64,000 nt of DNA from Selaginella moellendorffii (Eukaryota > Plantae > Lycopodiophyta). Location: positions 2,931,181 through 2,995,180 of the forward strand of contig NW_003314265.1 of the NCBI RefSeq assembly GCF_000143415.4. The letters are read 5' to 3'. The notes beneath the pieces were generated by a model. The model searched no databases and was not told the origin of the DNA. It saw nothing but the letters and a program-made list of their open reading frames with translations. Made by a program: the position numbers and the translations under genes. Of this stretch, positions 13,172-26,500 are shown one piece after another. Numbering within the stretch: position 1 is the first letter of the stretch; every line of letters starts with the position of its first letter.

Positions 13172-13420
13172 ATGGGAAGCAAGGAAAATACAAGATCTGT
13201 GAGTAAGAGTTGTAGTGCAAAGGAATGTGAAAATGTTAATTTTATTTCACTACCACAATCTCCATATTACACTCCTGGTCCTTATTACCCATTTGGGAAT
13301 GTGGAGACCACTATCACGATTGATAAAAATGCTCCTGTTACTTCTGAAACAACAGTCCAGAGCAAGAGAAATGAAGAAATGAACAGCACAGCGGAAAGCA
13401 CCAAGAAATCTACTCCATAA
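13172..13420 (+). CDS. Small ORF of unknown function (MULE cargo), homologous to 40473-40730
   Basis: MGSKENT...NFISLPQSPYYTPG...NAPVTSETTVQSK...STAESTKK. Confidence 0.55.
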   Translation: MGSKENTRSVSKSCSAKECENVNFISLPQSPYYTPGPYYPFGNVETTITIDKNAPVTSETTVQSKRNEEMNSTAESTKKSTP

Positions 13421-13895
13421 AACTTTCCATGACATTTGTAATTTACATATTAATTCATATTAAAAACTCTATTGCTTGCCTATATCGCAATCCTCTCATA
13501 TGATATGACCAAGGTATATTTTGCAGTGAATCCTCATTAAAATTTTTTGGGAATTGTTTGTAAATAATGATAAAAGAAATCAAAATCTGTCGAAAGACTC
13601 AAAAGAAATATCACATCAAAGAATCAATTTTATCTACATTTCCAAAACTAAAAGGCAATCTCACATGAGAGAATGGTAGCGTGCCAACGTGCTCTACCAC
13701 TATAATGTGGTCTATATTTCCTTGCAATTTATTTCCCTAGACATTTGGCATATGTAGAAAAGAATATATGTGTAGCAAAGTAAGATTCATCATAATGATA
13801 GAGCATGTGTATACACGATAATCTAAAATTCTAGAATCTCTTATGTTTACAAGAAAGCTATGATTATGAAGCCCCATTTCCAAGACTGACATTTA

Positions 13896-14033
13896 AAGAA
13901 TCTGAGTATTGTCAGTGTTATAATAAATAAACCTCATTCCCAAGAATCTGAGTATTGTCAGTGTCATAATAAATAAACCTCATTCCCAAGAATCTGAGTA
14001 TTTTCAGTGTCATAATAAATAAACCTCATTCCC
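13896..14033. repeat. 3 x 46-bp tandem repeat
   Basis: aagaatctgagtattgtcagtgt(t/c)ataataaataaacctcattccc at 13896, 13942 and 13988. Confidence 0.9.
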
Positions 14034-14218
14034 AAGACTAAAATTTAGTATATAAACTATCTAGAAAAGTTATAGTCATTGTAGGTTTTTTGTTCTCCTT
14101 GAGCTCCTTAGAAGTTTATATTGAAATAGCTCAAAGGAGACCCATTGCTAATCGTACTTGGCCCCCCAGCATTTCATATTAATCTCCACCTCCATCCCCA
14201 AGTTCTACCAACATTCCT

Positions 14219-14799
14219 ATGCTCGAAGCTGGCCAGGTCGTCTTCATCCTACCGAACGACCCCAACTGGATGTATGAGCTTATGACGTGTGCAGCAGAAG
14301 TTCATTTCAAGTCATTCTCTTTCGGGTGCATCATGGATCCTATTGGCGTTGATACGAGGGGCGTCCAAGGGAAGCCTGAAAAGGTGAGTATGTATTTTAT
14401 ATTTTTATCTAATTTCTAAACATTTTTATTTTCCAGGTTATGATGTGGACCTATCATGCCTTCTGCAGAAACACACATGATGGGTTTTGTGATAGTGAAC
14501 GTGCAGCACGTGTTTTGCCTGGGTACGACAGTTCCACTAACATCATACCCAACCTTGTGGATGAGCAGATCTGCAACACGTTTCCAGGGTATCGATTCCG
14601 AACTCCATCAGCAATGCAAGTCTTGCTTGAGCTCTATTGCCCACCAGATGGTATTGTGATTGATTGCACAGCAGGTAGCGGTTCTATGGTGGAGGCAGCA
14701 CGTGACTCTGGTAAGTTGGTGTTTGCTATTGAAGAACATCATTTCTTCAAATGCCGGCTCAGAGGATTTCGTGAGTTGCCTTCAACCTCAAGGAGGTAA
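14219..14799 (+). CDS. Beta-class N6A/N4C DNA methyltransferase-like C-terminal portion (MULE cargo, spliced)
   Basis: LEAGQVVFIL (motif VI-like), then RTPSAMQVLLELYCPPDGIVIDCTAGSGSMVEAARDSGKLVFAIE (motif X, motif I DxxxGSG, motif II). GT-AG intron at ~14384-14437. Confidence 0.7.
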
Positions 14800-15044
14800 A
14801 TTATGTTTATTAAAATTTCAATATATATTTCATTCTATTTTATAGATCACAGTCACCTGGAGTTTCTAGAATTGGAGGCTTTGGAAGTCTCCCTGACTAT
14901 GCAGAAGCCATGGCTCAACATATGCAAGGTGAATCTTCCCCACAATACCAATATAGGAGGAAGTATGAAAGAAATCATTATGTTGATGATGAGGTAGAAG
15001 AAAGTTAATTGCATCCTTACATAAAATGGAAAGTTTGTTATATG

Positions 15045-15127
15045 TTAGATGTCAGTGAAAGTGTCAGATGTCAGTAAAATTGTCAGATGTCAGTAAAATT
15101 GTCAGATGTCAGTGTCAGTGTCAGATA
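15045..15127. repeat. TGTCAG(A)-based tandem minisatellite
   Basis: tgtcagatgtcagtaaaat repeated. Confidence 0.85.
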
Positions 15128-15336
15128 CCATAATTATAGATTATCATTCTCACCTGTCACCATCACTTTGTAGCGTTTGTGTGTTGCCATTTCCTCCTTC
15201 AACATTTTGTAAACAATTGTATGTGATATGATAGCACCTTCTAGAACAAGGTATGTTACCTACAACTAATATCATTTTATTATATTTTTTCTTTTAATAG
15301 TGACAATACTATAGTATAGTAAAGTAATTCTAGATC

Positions 15337-18300
15337 TTACATTCCACTATAGGGTGGCCTAAAAACCCCATATTTTGCACTAGCTAATGCAGTGTTTCCC
15401 AAGGGGATGTTGTTCCTCACCATGAAGCGATAGTGGGTTTGTGTCTGTAACTCATTCTTGAATCTATTATACATCCACACGTGCACATTTTCCAGACCTG
15501 CCGTTAGGCAATTCTTACAGTGCTCAAGAAAAGTTTGTAAACCCATAGAACCATTTGTCTTGTCCAAGAAAAAGTAGCATATTGAACACCGAATGTAATA
15601 GTGTTTTGTGCTTTCAAGTAGTCCTGCCATGTCAGGAGCAAGATCTTGCAAAAACATGTGGCATTGCTCTTGAAGCGCTAAAGGCAATCCCTCTCTAGTA
15701 GCAAGATCCGGAATTTGACATATAGGGAGCTCTAATTCAGCTTCACTAGAGCCCTCAGCAGAAAAAGGATTGTTATGTGGAGGTGAAAGTAGTATTTTGG
15801 ACAATAGGAATGCATCGTGCAAGTGGTCAGGTGTGAGAAAGTTCCAATCCTCAACTTTCCCATCGATATCTAAAAGACCATCTGGAAAGTCGAAGAGAAT
15901 GAAGTCCGCAACTGGGAGCACGGGCCTTTGTATCTTTCGGCACCAACAGTTGAACTGGCGGCGTATATCCATGTTGATGTCGTCTTCCGTGAAAGATGTC
16001 AATAATCTACTGTAAAAGCCAATGAAGATACCCACAATGCCTCGTTGTGTTATTGGGGACACAGGACGGACCTATAAAGGAGCTAAGTGAATAAAAAAAG
16101 TAATAAATAGTATGATACCGTCATATGGTGTGTTGTCGATGAGAGTTCTTCCAACTCCTCTTCACGAGCATCTCGTCGAGATGGAATGAAATTACTACCA
16201 ACAGTCATTGCTGCAAAAAACATGTATTACCACCTTTAGTTTGTAAAATTCACTTTTGCTTACCCCGAGGTCGACGTGATATTCTGTGAACCACTTGATC
16301 ATCGTTATTTACTGGTAGAACCTGATCCGGATCTTGGTTGTTTGATGGTTGAATTGGAGCCTATTCCTGACTGTCTGGTGGTGGAACACGAACTTGATCT
16401 GGAGCTTCCTCATCCTCGTTTCCATCGTCACTTGCATTGCCATCGTTGCTAACATTGATAATTTCCTTGCGATCTAGTGTAGAGGTCTCCTTCCCTAGGA
16501 GCTCAAACTCCCAAGGGCATTCTATCTTCCGTGCCTTCGGAATTCTCGCAAACATTGTTGGATACATTCCTCCATCTCTTACACCCTTTACAACAAGTCG
16601 AGTGCAAACTGGTGCCTCAAATAGCATGCCTCTATATCAAAGATACTTGTAAACAATATATATTAAAAAACAGTCTTAGAAATCATATTATACCTATAAA
16701 CTGCACGTCGCATGAAATAAGGTCGACCATGTTGGCAATCATAAGTTGTTGTGTTTGTAGACTTCTCTGGCAGCCACCCCTCTTCAATCCCTTCCAATGA
16801 CGTGTTGATGTAGGTGTCGAAAGACATGAATGTGCCATCTGGATCGTCACCAATATGTGGTGCTAAGAACTTTTCACCTTCACTTATAGTTTGCGTGATG
16901 TAGACAACCCTTCTCATCATGTTCTTAAATAGTTCTGGCAGTCCTTTCTCTCTGTTCATCAAGCAGATATTGAGGAACTCCAGAGTCTCTATCTATTGCT
17001 TATATGGAAGCTTCGATTTTGCGATATTGTAAATCATGTCATCTGGAGTTTTGTTCACTGCAAAAGTAACATATGCATAATTAAGAAAAATGAAGTGTGA
17101 TAAAAAACTTACATTCATGAGAAGAAATTTCAGCTATAGTCTCTAGCCACTCCTTCGACCTGCGATTGTCTGCAATGCATACTAGTTTCTTCAACTTTGA
17201 GGACTTTGCATGCTGAATTTTGTGCTCAATTTGTATAAACTCAGTTGAGAGCTCTTCCCGACTCTTCTCCGGATATGCAAGTTCGTAAGCATCCTGCTTG
17301 ACCTTCACCAAAGGCTAAAAACCAAAACAATTAAAAGAGGCTTTTATAAAATAAAAGGGAAAGACATACCTTACACCACACAGCGAGCATAAAATTGATT
17401 GGGTTGTTGAACCAAGTTGTACCGTCATTTCGAGTGTGTGAGTGCCAAACAAGTGTTGCGAGATCATCACCATAATGTTGGCAAATGTCATCCTCACTCA
17501 AGTCTGCCAAAAATTGAAGTTGCTCGATGTCATGGACAAGATTTTGTTTTTGAATAGCGAATTGCCCAAGCCTACATTTAAACACAACAAAACAAGTTAA
17601 AGTAGAGTTAGAGGTAAAATTATAAAACTTACGCATTGATCTTTTGGCAGACTAAGATAAGTCTATTGACATCCAAAGGTCCCCTCGCGTAGACATGGCT
17701 GACTGGAATGTTGATATGGTAAACGGGGTCATCGCGAAAATGATTGTCGATACACTTCATCCAAGCTCCATATCGGTGGTTACCGTCAATAATTTGGAAC
17801 ATTGTCCTCGCAAGCTGTTGAGTCTCAGGATGTCTGATAAGCATGTCATCAAATTCTAGGGACTTCCTCCTCCAAATAGGATCCCAGCTATTCACAATCT
17901 CGAGTGTGACAGTAATGATCTCCGTTGTTCCTGGCTTGCAAAAAGAAACTAGAAACATACCAATATTTGTTGCAAGGCCATTCTGTTTGAACAAGCTGTA
18001 TATATCCGAGTTGACATACTTGGATGCTGTGCGGACAAGGTTCATCTGCTGCAAACGGCAAAGGGGGATTTTTCTGATCAAGTCACAAGGGCTTGGCCAC
18101 TTGAGCGCCTCAAGTGTTTGGTGAACTGCTTTTTCCCTTGTCCGCATAACAGTCTCTTGGAAGCGCTTGTCCACCACGTTGTCAGGAAGGTATACAACTC
18201 TTTCAACTCTAGGCTGTTCCTCAGATTCCCTATCGTGAACACCACTAGATTGCCCAACTTCAGGGATTTGCGTTGGTGGTGGTGGTGGCGGGGGCAGAGG

Positions 18301-18618
18301 CAATAGTGGCAGTGGTGGTGGCAATGGTGGTGGTGGCGGTGGCGGCGGGGGCAGAGGCAATAGTGGTAGTGGTGGTGGCAATGGTGGTGGTGGCGGTGGC
18401 GATGGAGGTGGTGGAGGTGGTGATGGAGGTGGTGGAGGTGGTGATGGCGGTGGTGGAGGTGGTGATGGTGGAGGTGATGGTGGTGGAGGTGGTGAATCTC
18501 TAACTAAATGTGTCTCTGTTGTGCCAATGGACATGTCGATTGTGATGTCGTCGTCAGTGCCAAATTGAACTTCTCGTGTCTTCTTGGCTCCAACTTTTTT
18601 ATGTGTTACAATTTTCAT
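15337..18618 (-). CDS. Multi-exon MULE cargo gene: Pro-rich region + ParB/Srx-like domain + degenerate MTase motif IV-like segment
   Basis: Exon 1 has (SPPPPPP)n, then MFQIIDGNHRYGAW (ParB/Srx GxxRxxA box). The distal exon has VADFILFDFPDG (cf. DLIxxDPPYG). Exons joined by short GT-AG introns. Confidence 0.65.
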
Positions 18619-19593
18619 TTTCTACAAGAGAAAAAGTTTTGTTAGTCAAACTAAATAAAGATAATGAGAAATTCAAACAGTTAAAGAGAAAAAAAAAATC
18701 AAGTGGGCCTAGACTCCACCTCGGACACTATGGCTGCCCAGGGGGCCGAGGTTATTCAAATAACCTCGGCCCCTCCGACCCCTAAAGTGCCCGAGGTCGA
18801 GCTTGGGCCAGCCACCTCAGGCACTTCAGTGGCCGCCGGGGTTTGACACGTTATAGTAGAATGTCATTACTGGTATCATTATTAACTATCAAACTTCACG
18901 TGCTGAAAATCTTTCCTTGGATTTATGTGTATACATGCATCAGACATCATAATAGATGACAGTAATATTAATACTGTCACACTTACACATGTTAAATTTG
19001 CTATAGAATTTAAATTCATTTTGTATGTTGTCTTCTTATTACTCTATTTAAATTTCAATTATGTTTCACTATAGATTTTTACAAGTAGCATAAAGAGAGA
19101 AAACTCCAAAACCTATTAAGAAGGATGGAGAGGTTTCTTCTTCATTTTCGAGATCACCCACCTCTTTCATTCTCTCAAAGTATTCTTTCTGAAAGTTTTT
19201 TATGTTGGCATTTTGATCTTCGTCTTGGCTCTATTTCTTTAGAGGTTGTGATCCGCAACGACACCGGTATAGTTGCATACTCGGAGTTTCTTCTTTCTGG
19301 TGTGGGCGAGGGTGGACAACAATGGGATTTACAAAATTCCAAGTCAAAGGAGATTCGAGTGTTCGGATCTCCAGTCAAAATGCCAAAATGCGCTCTAGCG
19401 AAAATGAATGTGAAGCAAGAGTTAGTCGTTATCCTCTCGTCCTCTTCTAGTTCAAGTGGAGATGTCATACTAGTGTCGGCGCCAAATTCACCAGCTCCAG
19501 CTCCAACTTCAGCAATATTCAAAGCTGTTAGCAATGCTTTCCAGTTTTCACGCCTCTCAATCGACGTGCACTTGCTTTTGTATAGGCTTGTGA

Positions 19594-22461
19594 GTGAGCT
19601 TCCATCCTCCTACAATGGCAACATTTTCTTCGCTACCACCTCTTGTTAGCAGCACATGTTCCAAACGAAAGGGGATGGAAACCAAGCAGGATGTCCACAA
19701 TTGGTGCAAGATCAAGACCACACACTTCCAACATTTTGAAGGCACAGTGTCTATAGTTCATTGTGGCGGGCATTTAGATTGTTTGGATGAAGCATGCAAT
19801 CGAGACCGCTCTAGAAACTCTATATTTTTCGAAGGGTCTGCAGTCAATCCTCCAGCCTGTGACACCATTGCTGTTGGATTCAAATGTCGATTCTGCAAAA
19901 ATGCTCCTTTATGTCGTGCTATCTGCGAGGCCAAGATGTACTACTTTCTTCCACGGGATGGAGTGGCTGGAAGAGTTGCAGTGCATGTTGGCACACATAT
20001 GCATCCAATGCAAGAAGGGATACAAAGGAGTTCTCTCAACTATTTCAAAGATGCTGTATAGGAAGAGACTATGAGAAACTCATCTGCAACTCCGAAGCAT
20101 GTTCAGAAGACCGTCCTCAAGGATTTTATCGCAAATACCTTACTCAATCCAGGTTGCCAAAAGACTCAACTAAACGAGGCTAACTTGCGGGACTTACTAC
20201 GAGGAGTACAACCTGCTACTAGCCTAAGGAGGTACATCCGTTATTTTTCATACGTTATAATAATAATTTTTTCTTACATTATATTGTTTAGGATAAAATT
20301 TTGGATGTGTGAATCTCGAGAGGGGAAGTTGCAATCAAAAATTGACTCCATCCTTGAATTGAAACGGACCTGTCCATACGAGTTCATCCACGGAAGTTTG
20401 TTTCCAGACCAAGTTGTGAATGAGCAAGAACGCCCCTTTGTCTTCAAAATGTCTACCATGGGCCCTGCCTCTGGTATAGATCTTGTCTCCCAAATGGACA
20501 TGTTTGGGTCCAGTGATCTTGCAAATGCATGGGTACATTTTGACCATATGGAGCGTGTATCCGGTTAGACAACTATGGGAGCTCATGTGTATGATCCAAG
20601 GTAATTTTAATTCTCATTATATTGAAATTGTTATAATATTTATGTTTTCATAGGCTACGTTGTAACTTAACAATTGCGACAGCAGAGTTTAAAGTACAAG
20701 ACCAGACAACACAGAAAATATTTTGGAAGTCCCTCTCTGATATTGTCCTAAAGTGGACTGGTAAGCCTGCAAACTTTTGTGGTTTCATGGCAGATGGAGC
20801 TGGTGCAAACTGGAATGGTATCCGAGCAGTTTTTGGGAATGGTCAACCATTTGAAGGTCGTGAGAGGACTTGTGAGTTCCATTGGGCTCAAAGCCTAAAC
20901 CAACACTGCCACCTTATCAAGCCAGAGTTTCAATCAATATTTAAGGAGTTGTGCAAACAATGGTAGGTTGCACCTTCTAAAGAAGAGCATGAGGCAAAAG
21001 CAAATGAGATCCGAATGTGGTGGCGTGAAGATGGCCATATAGACATAAGTTGCCTACCACAACTTGAGTCATGATTAGGATGGTGGGAAGTTAGGATGTT
21101 CCAATGGGGACATCACTCTTTTCAGGTTGGTTTATATTTTTTCTTCTCCTTTTATTACCTTTTAATATTGCCTTTTCCATTAGGATCAACCACTTGAGGA
21201 CCTCGCATACACCCTAACTGTGAATCTCTCCGAAAGTAAGCATTGGAGTTGGCGTTCCTCTGAGGCAGGGAAAGGGAAGATGAGTCTATACGAAGCCTGT
21301 CTATCAGATTTGATACGTGCTATAGAGCAATCTTCAAAAACACTGGCATTCGAGGAAGGAAGATACATGGGAACAAGGCCTTCTGTTGAGATGTTACATG
21401 ATAGGATGAAGAGAAAATTAACTCCACCCGCCCGAACAGTGGCAACTGCAGTTGAGGAAGTGGTCCGTGGCACATCTATGGAGTACACTCCCCGAGCTTC
21501 TATTGGTAATATGAAGACTGTCCGCTCAAAGCATCATTTTTCCTTTGCTGGGGAAGATGTTGGTACGGACCTTGGAGCAAAAAACTCTCACAGGCCTGAT
21601 GTCGAGTACCATTCTGCTCCAAGACACTGCTCTCAGACCGAGCCACCTCAAGTGGCTGATGAAGAGAGTGCATCGCAACAGGTTGAAATTGCTTACCGTA
21701 GCGTGGAGCCGAAGCAATGGGCAATCCGACGCGTGCCAGCAAAATCGAATGTAAGGTGTGTGGGGATGCTTCCGAGGGGCAAGTGTTGGGCCTGGATTTG
21801 TGGTGAAAAATCTGCTTCTGTTCCAGCCCCATGTTTCTATGGGGAACGAAAGCAAGCAGGATTTTCAAGATGGTGCTGGCTATATTGTTGCAACACCGAC
21901 ACCAACCATACGAAGCGGCTTGAAGACACTATAGTGACTAAACCTGATGCAGTACCTAAAGAATGGCCAGTTGCTAATGGGGTCGCGCTCACTTCAGATG
22001 AGATTGAAAACCTTGAGAAATCTGGTTTTAATCTTGAGAGGAGAGTTGGAGACATGAGTGATAGGAGCAGGACTATTCCTACAGAGATGCACAGGAGGCC
22101 AACACGAAAAGGTAAGGTAGTTAAATTTATTGGTACCGTCTCCAAGCAGAAGCAAGGTAAAATAAATTTGGCTCAAACACTTGAGTGTGAGATTCTCTCC
22201 ACGAAGTACATCACTACGCTTGCAAAGGAGTACACAGTCAAAACAGGTGGTGGAGAGTACACAATTGCCATTCACGACTTTTCTTCTTGCACATGTCCAG
22301 ACTTTACGAAGAGCGAGGAACATGGGAAGGCATATACTCCTTGCAAGCATATGTACTACATCTTCATCAACATCTTGCACCAGGATCCTAAAGTGGATAT
22401 TCATATACACCAAGCAAGCTTTACTATTGCTAAGTTGCAGAAAACTTTTGGAGCTAATTAG
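19594..22461 (+). pseudogene. MULE transposase with C-terminal SWIM zinc finger (premature stops)
   Basis: WVHFDH; GFMADGAGANWNGIRAVF..RERTCEFHWAQSL (MULE D..CxxH); SCTCPDF...CKHMYYIF (SWIM). In-frame stops at ~20059, ~20566, ~20964 and ~21071. Confidence 0.85.
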
Positions 22462-22552
22462 ATTTCTCCAACACTATTGATGTTTATTCTCTATCAATAA
22501 AATTTATTATACTTTATATAATTAATACAAATGTGCTTTTTCATTTCACTTT

Positions 22553-23005
22553 TCATTTTATATGCTTCCGAGTGTTCTTCTCGCAATACTGCCCATAGTA
22601 CTCGTATGTCTCCATTTCTGTCTTTACCATCTCAAAAAAGATTTCATGGTAGTCTTTCGGGTGCGTGATGTTGCAGTGTGTCGCAAGAGCATATATACCA
22701 TCATACTGATCATTGCCATTGTTTCCACCACATGCTAGAAAATATATAGGGCACTTCTTGAAAGTGGCAGAATTGCACTTTTCTAAAACAAGTAAGAGGG
22801 CATTCTTTTTCACCTAATTTGTTGCACCCTCTGTCATTGCATTTATCTCCAACTCATGATCACTATCCTCATTATCCTCTCTTTCATTCTCTTGTGTGAT
22901 TTGGTTATGCTGTGCAATGGGATAGTTATTGCATCTTTTAGCCCTTGAGCCCTGGGAAGAAAGATTGTGAGAGTTAAAATTACCAACACTAGAACTCATA
23001 GACAT
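22553..23005 (-). pseudogene. Unknown MULE cargo ORF interrupted by one in-frame stop
   Basis: ORFs 22814-23005 and 22553-22813 are contiguous in frame across one TAG. No family recognised. Confidence 0.4.
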
Positions 23006-23559
23006 TTGTGGGTGTATTTCCCTTTTTTCGAATGAGAGTGTGAATGAAGATCTAGAAATTCTAGACAGTATGCTACAACAAACCCCTCAAGAATGTATTC
23101 TACAAAGAACTAAGTCTTTCTTTTATATGCAATAAATTTACATTAACGGTTATTTTTTTTCCTTTCAAACAGTTATATGGCTTCACATAGAATCTTATTT
23201 CAAATTTAATAATTTTTGAATTCTGACAAACCTAACATTTACTAGCCAAAAAGCATAGAGTACAAATTTAAAGAAGTGACAAGAATACTCTTTTTGCAAA
23301 CATTTTATTTTATGTTCTAACAAATGTCCCTATCATTGCATGTAGTAAATATTTAAATTATTAGAACAAAAAGTGTTCTTTAGAACATTTTTATCTATAT
23401 AATATATAGAGAGTTATTAAATTATTAGGTTCGCCATAACCTTAAAATTTTAAATTTTATAATGTTTGTACTAAATTACAATTGAAAATTGAGCTCAACT
23501 CGTGAGCTCAACTCTTCAACTCGTGAGCTCAAGTATGGTCCGCGCCCCACCCATAGAAG

Positions 23560-26500
23560 AAGTTCGATGCCCACAACAGATCCTCAAAGTACAATTTGAG
23601 TAGGTTCACATGGAACACTGGGCATTTTCCCCATCTCTCGAGGAAGTTGGAGGTGGTAAACCACTTTACCGATTCGTGCCTCAATCTCATAAGGCCCCGT
23701 GAACCTACTTAAGGAACTCAAGATCAGTTCACTTCCAGAAATACATGCATCTTACCTTTGGGTCAACTTCCAGCTGATCCCATTTGGTAGCTTAAGGTTC
23801 TTGGTGTTCAGCCACACTTTCTCCCCAGCTTAAAACTCTACATCCCGGCACTTGTTTGTCCATCTGTCAAGAAGTGTTAGTGCCATCCAACTTGACTTAA
23901 TACCTAATACTTGTCTATGGGTGATAGGCAATGTTGAATTTCAACTTGGTGCAATACTGTTCCAAGAGAGTTTTTCAGAACTTGCTGGTGAAGATCTTAT
24001 CTCGATCTAAGATGATCTCCTTTGGCCTTCCCCGCACTCGAACCACTTATTTGAAGAATAGCTTTGCCACACCTTCCGCATCCACTTCTGTTGTGGTGGG
24101 TATGAAATGTGCCATCTTCGAAAATTAGTCCACCACCACGAATATCGCATCAAACCCCTCATTTTGGGGGAGTCCCATGATGAAGTCTATTGTAAGACAT
24201 TTCCACGGACGATCTGGAATTGGGATGTTTTGTAACAGGCCTCTACTAGCCTTAGTCACGGCTTTGACCTGCTGACATGTTGGATATGCCTTTAAATAGT
24301 CTTGGACATCTTTAGCCATATCTAGCTAGTGGTACTTCCTTTTGAGTAAGCCCATCATCTTGGGCACTCCACCGTGTCCTGCAAGAGGTCCATCATAACA
24401 CTCTTCTAAGGCTACCTTCCTTAGTTCCCCTTCTGGGACATACACCCTTGTTTGCTTGTAATAGATGAGTCTATTGCGTTCTGCATAGCCCATTTTCTCT
24501 TCCGTTGGTAGCTCACCTCTATGATGAGTTTCCCGTGCCTCCAGATTCCTCAGCAACACTTTTTGTGTTAGACCATCGTTCTCATATGCTGTCCCCACAT
24601 CATCCCAAAAGGTTGCTGTCGCGCTAGATATCGCCAACTTCAAGCTCGCTTTCGACTTAGCACATTTGCCATGATGTTGTTCTTCCTAGGCTTGTACAGA
24701 ATCTCACAATCAAACTCAGCCAAAGCATTGGCCCACTGACCCTATTTCCCTCTCAAGTCAGGCTGTGACCAAAAGTGTTTCATTGCCACATTGTCCGTGT
24801 AAACCTTGAAGTGTCTCCCAAGGTAGTGTCGCCACTCCTTGAGCACCTTAACCATCACAAACAATTCCTTCTCATAGGTAGGCCACTTCCATTGAGCTTT
24901 GTCCAACTTTTTCAAGAAGAACGCTACTAGATGGTTATCTTGCTTCAAAATTACGCCCAACGCAAAGTCTGAAGCATCTATTTCTACCTCAAAGTCCTTA
25001 CCAAAGTCTAGTAACACTAACACAGGAGCCTTTCTCAACTTTCCTTTGAGGTGGACAAATGCCGCTTCGCATTCTGCTGTCCATACCATCTTCTCTTTTC
25101 CCGTGTGGTCCGTTAAGGGTAAGGCTACTCTCAAATAATGTTTGATAAACTTTCAATAGTAATTGCATAGCCCCAAGAATGCCCCTAACTCATGTACATT
25201 TGATGGTCGCTCCCAATCCTGGAGCGCTTGGACCTTCTCAGGGTCCACCTTGAGCCTATCCTTGCCCACCACATGCCCGAAAAACTTTACCTCTTGTTGA
25301 GCAAAGTCACATTTGCTCTCTTTAGCATACAGCTGGTGTTCCTTTAGTTTCTCAAACACCTTTGTCAAGTGTTCAACATGTTCCTCTAGTGTTTCACTAT
25401 AGATCAGGATATCGTCAAAATAGACGACCACAAAGTGATCCAAATAGGGTACAAAGATGTAGTTCATTAATGCCGAAAACGTTGTCGGCGCATTACATAG
25501 CCCGAAGGGCATCACTAGAAACTCAAAGCTCTCATACCTTGTTCGACAGGTTGTCTTCTCGACATCTTCCTTTACTACCCTGATCTGGTAGTATTCTAAC
25601 CTATGTTAGGTTGAGCAAGTCGCTGTATGGGGCGCTGGTGTTATTTGTGAAAAAGAAATATGGATCTATGCGCATGTGCATAGACTACCGATTGCTCAAC
25701 AAGTATACAAAGAAGAACAAATACCCTTTGCCAAGGATTGAGGACCTATTCAATAGGTTGGGAAAGGCAAAATACTTCTCGAGGATTGATCTAACCCTTT
25801 GTCCACCAACTCCTTTAGTTGGCGCTTGAGCTACTTGAATTATTTTTCATTCAAATGATAAGGGGGACAAACCACTGCCTCAACACCCTCGACTAGCTCA
25901 ATCTTATGTTCTATCGGTTTTGCGAGGGGCAACCCTGCCGGTAGCTCCTCTAGCATAATATCCTGGAATTAGTCCAACACCCGCTGAATCACTAAAGGTA
26001 CTTGTTCCGTTCCTGTCTTTTTGTCACTCTTCACCGAAAGTAAGTACAGAAATGCTGGCTTCGTTCCTTTAGTGAGTTGTCCTCTCATGGACACCAAGTT
26101 TAAACAGGAATTTTTGGCCTTGCATTGCCCTACCTTTAAATCCTGGGCCTCCACCCTGGATCTTCTTCCTTGGGCGAATTCGCTAGGACCACAAGGTTTC
26201 TACCTTGTCCATGTAGGGCTACCACAAACTAATTGAACCAATCCATCTTGAAAATCACATTAAATCCTGCCATGTCCAACATGGTGAAATCCATATCTAC
26301 TTTCCATGTCCCTACTTCGACTCTCGCTTGTCGAAGTAAATCATTGGTGCTTTGGCTACTTTGAACAAACTCTATAGCACCGTTAGTCTAGCTTGCCAGA
26401 CTACGTCTGTAGCCACAAAATTATCCAAAGCACCCGTGTTAATAAGGATCTTAACAAAGCTACCTTCGAGCTTCCCTCGGAGGGCTAGTAGATGTCGCAA

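Larger units (their letters stand above)
12817..23547 (+). mobile_element. Mutator-like element (MULE), 10.7 kb, with cargo genes
   Basis: 9-bp TSD CACCCATAG (12808-12816 and 23548-23556). GGG...CCC ends with imperfect TIRs rich in GAGTTGAGCTCA. Encodes a MULE transposase with a SWIM finger. Confidence 0.9.

Noticed and set aside
18273-18503. Extensin-like SPPPP repeats and the antisense Val-rich ORF
   Set aside because: Low-complexity linker within the ParB-like cargo exon; no signal peptide or Tyr motifs
12817-23547. Bacterial or phage contamination as the source of ParB/MTase
   Set aside because: The genes have spliceosomal introns and lie within TSD-bounded eukaryotic transposons nested in a plant retroelement
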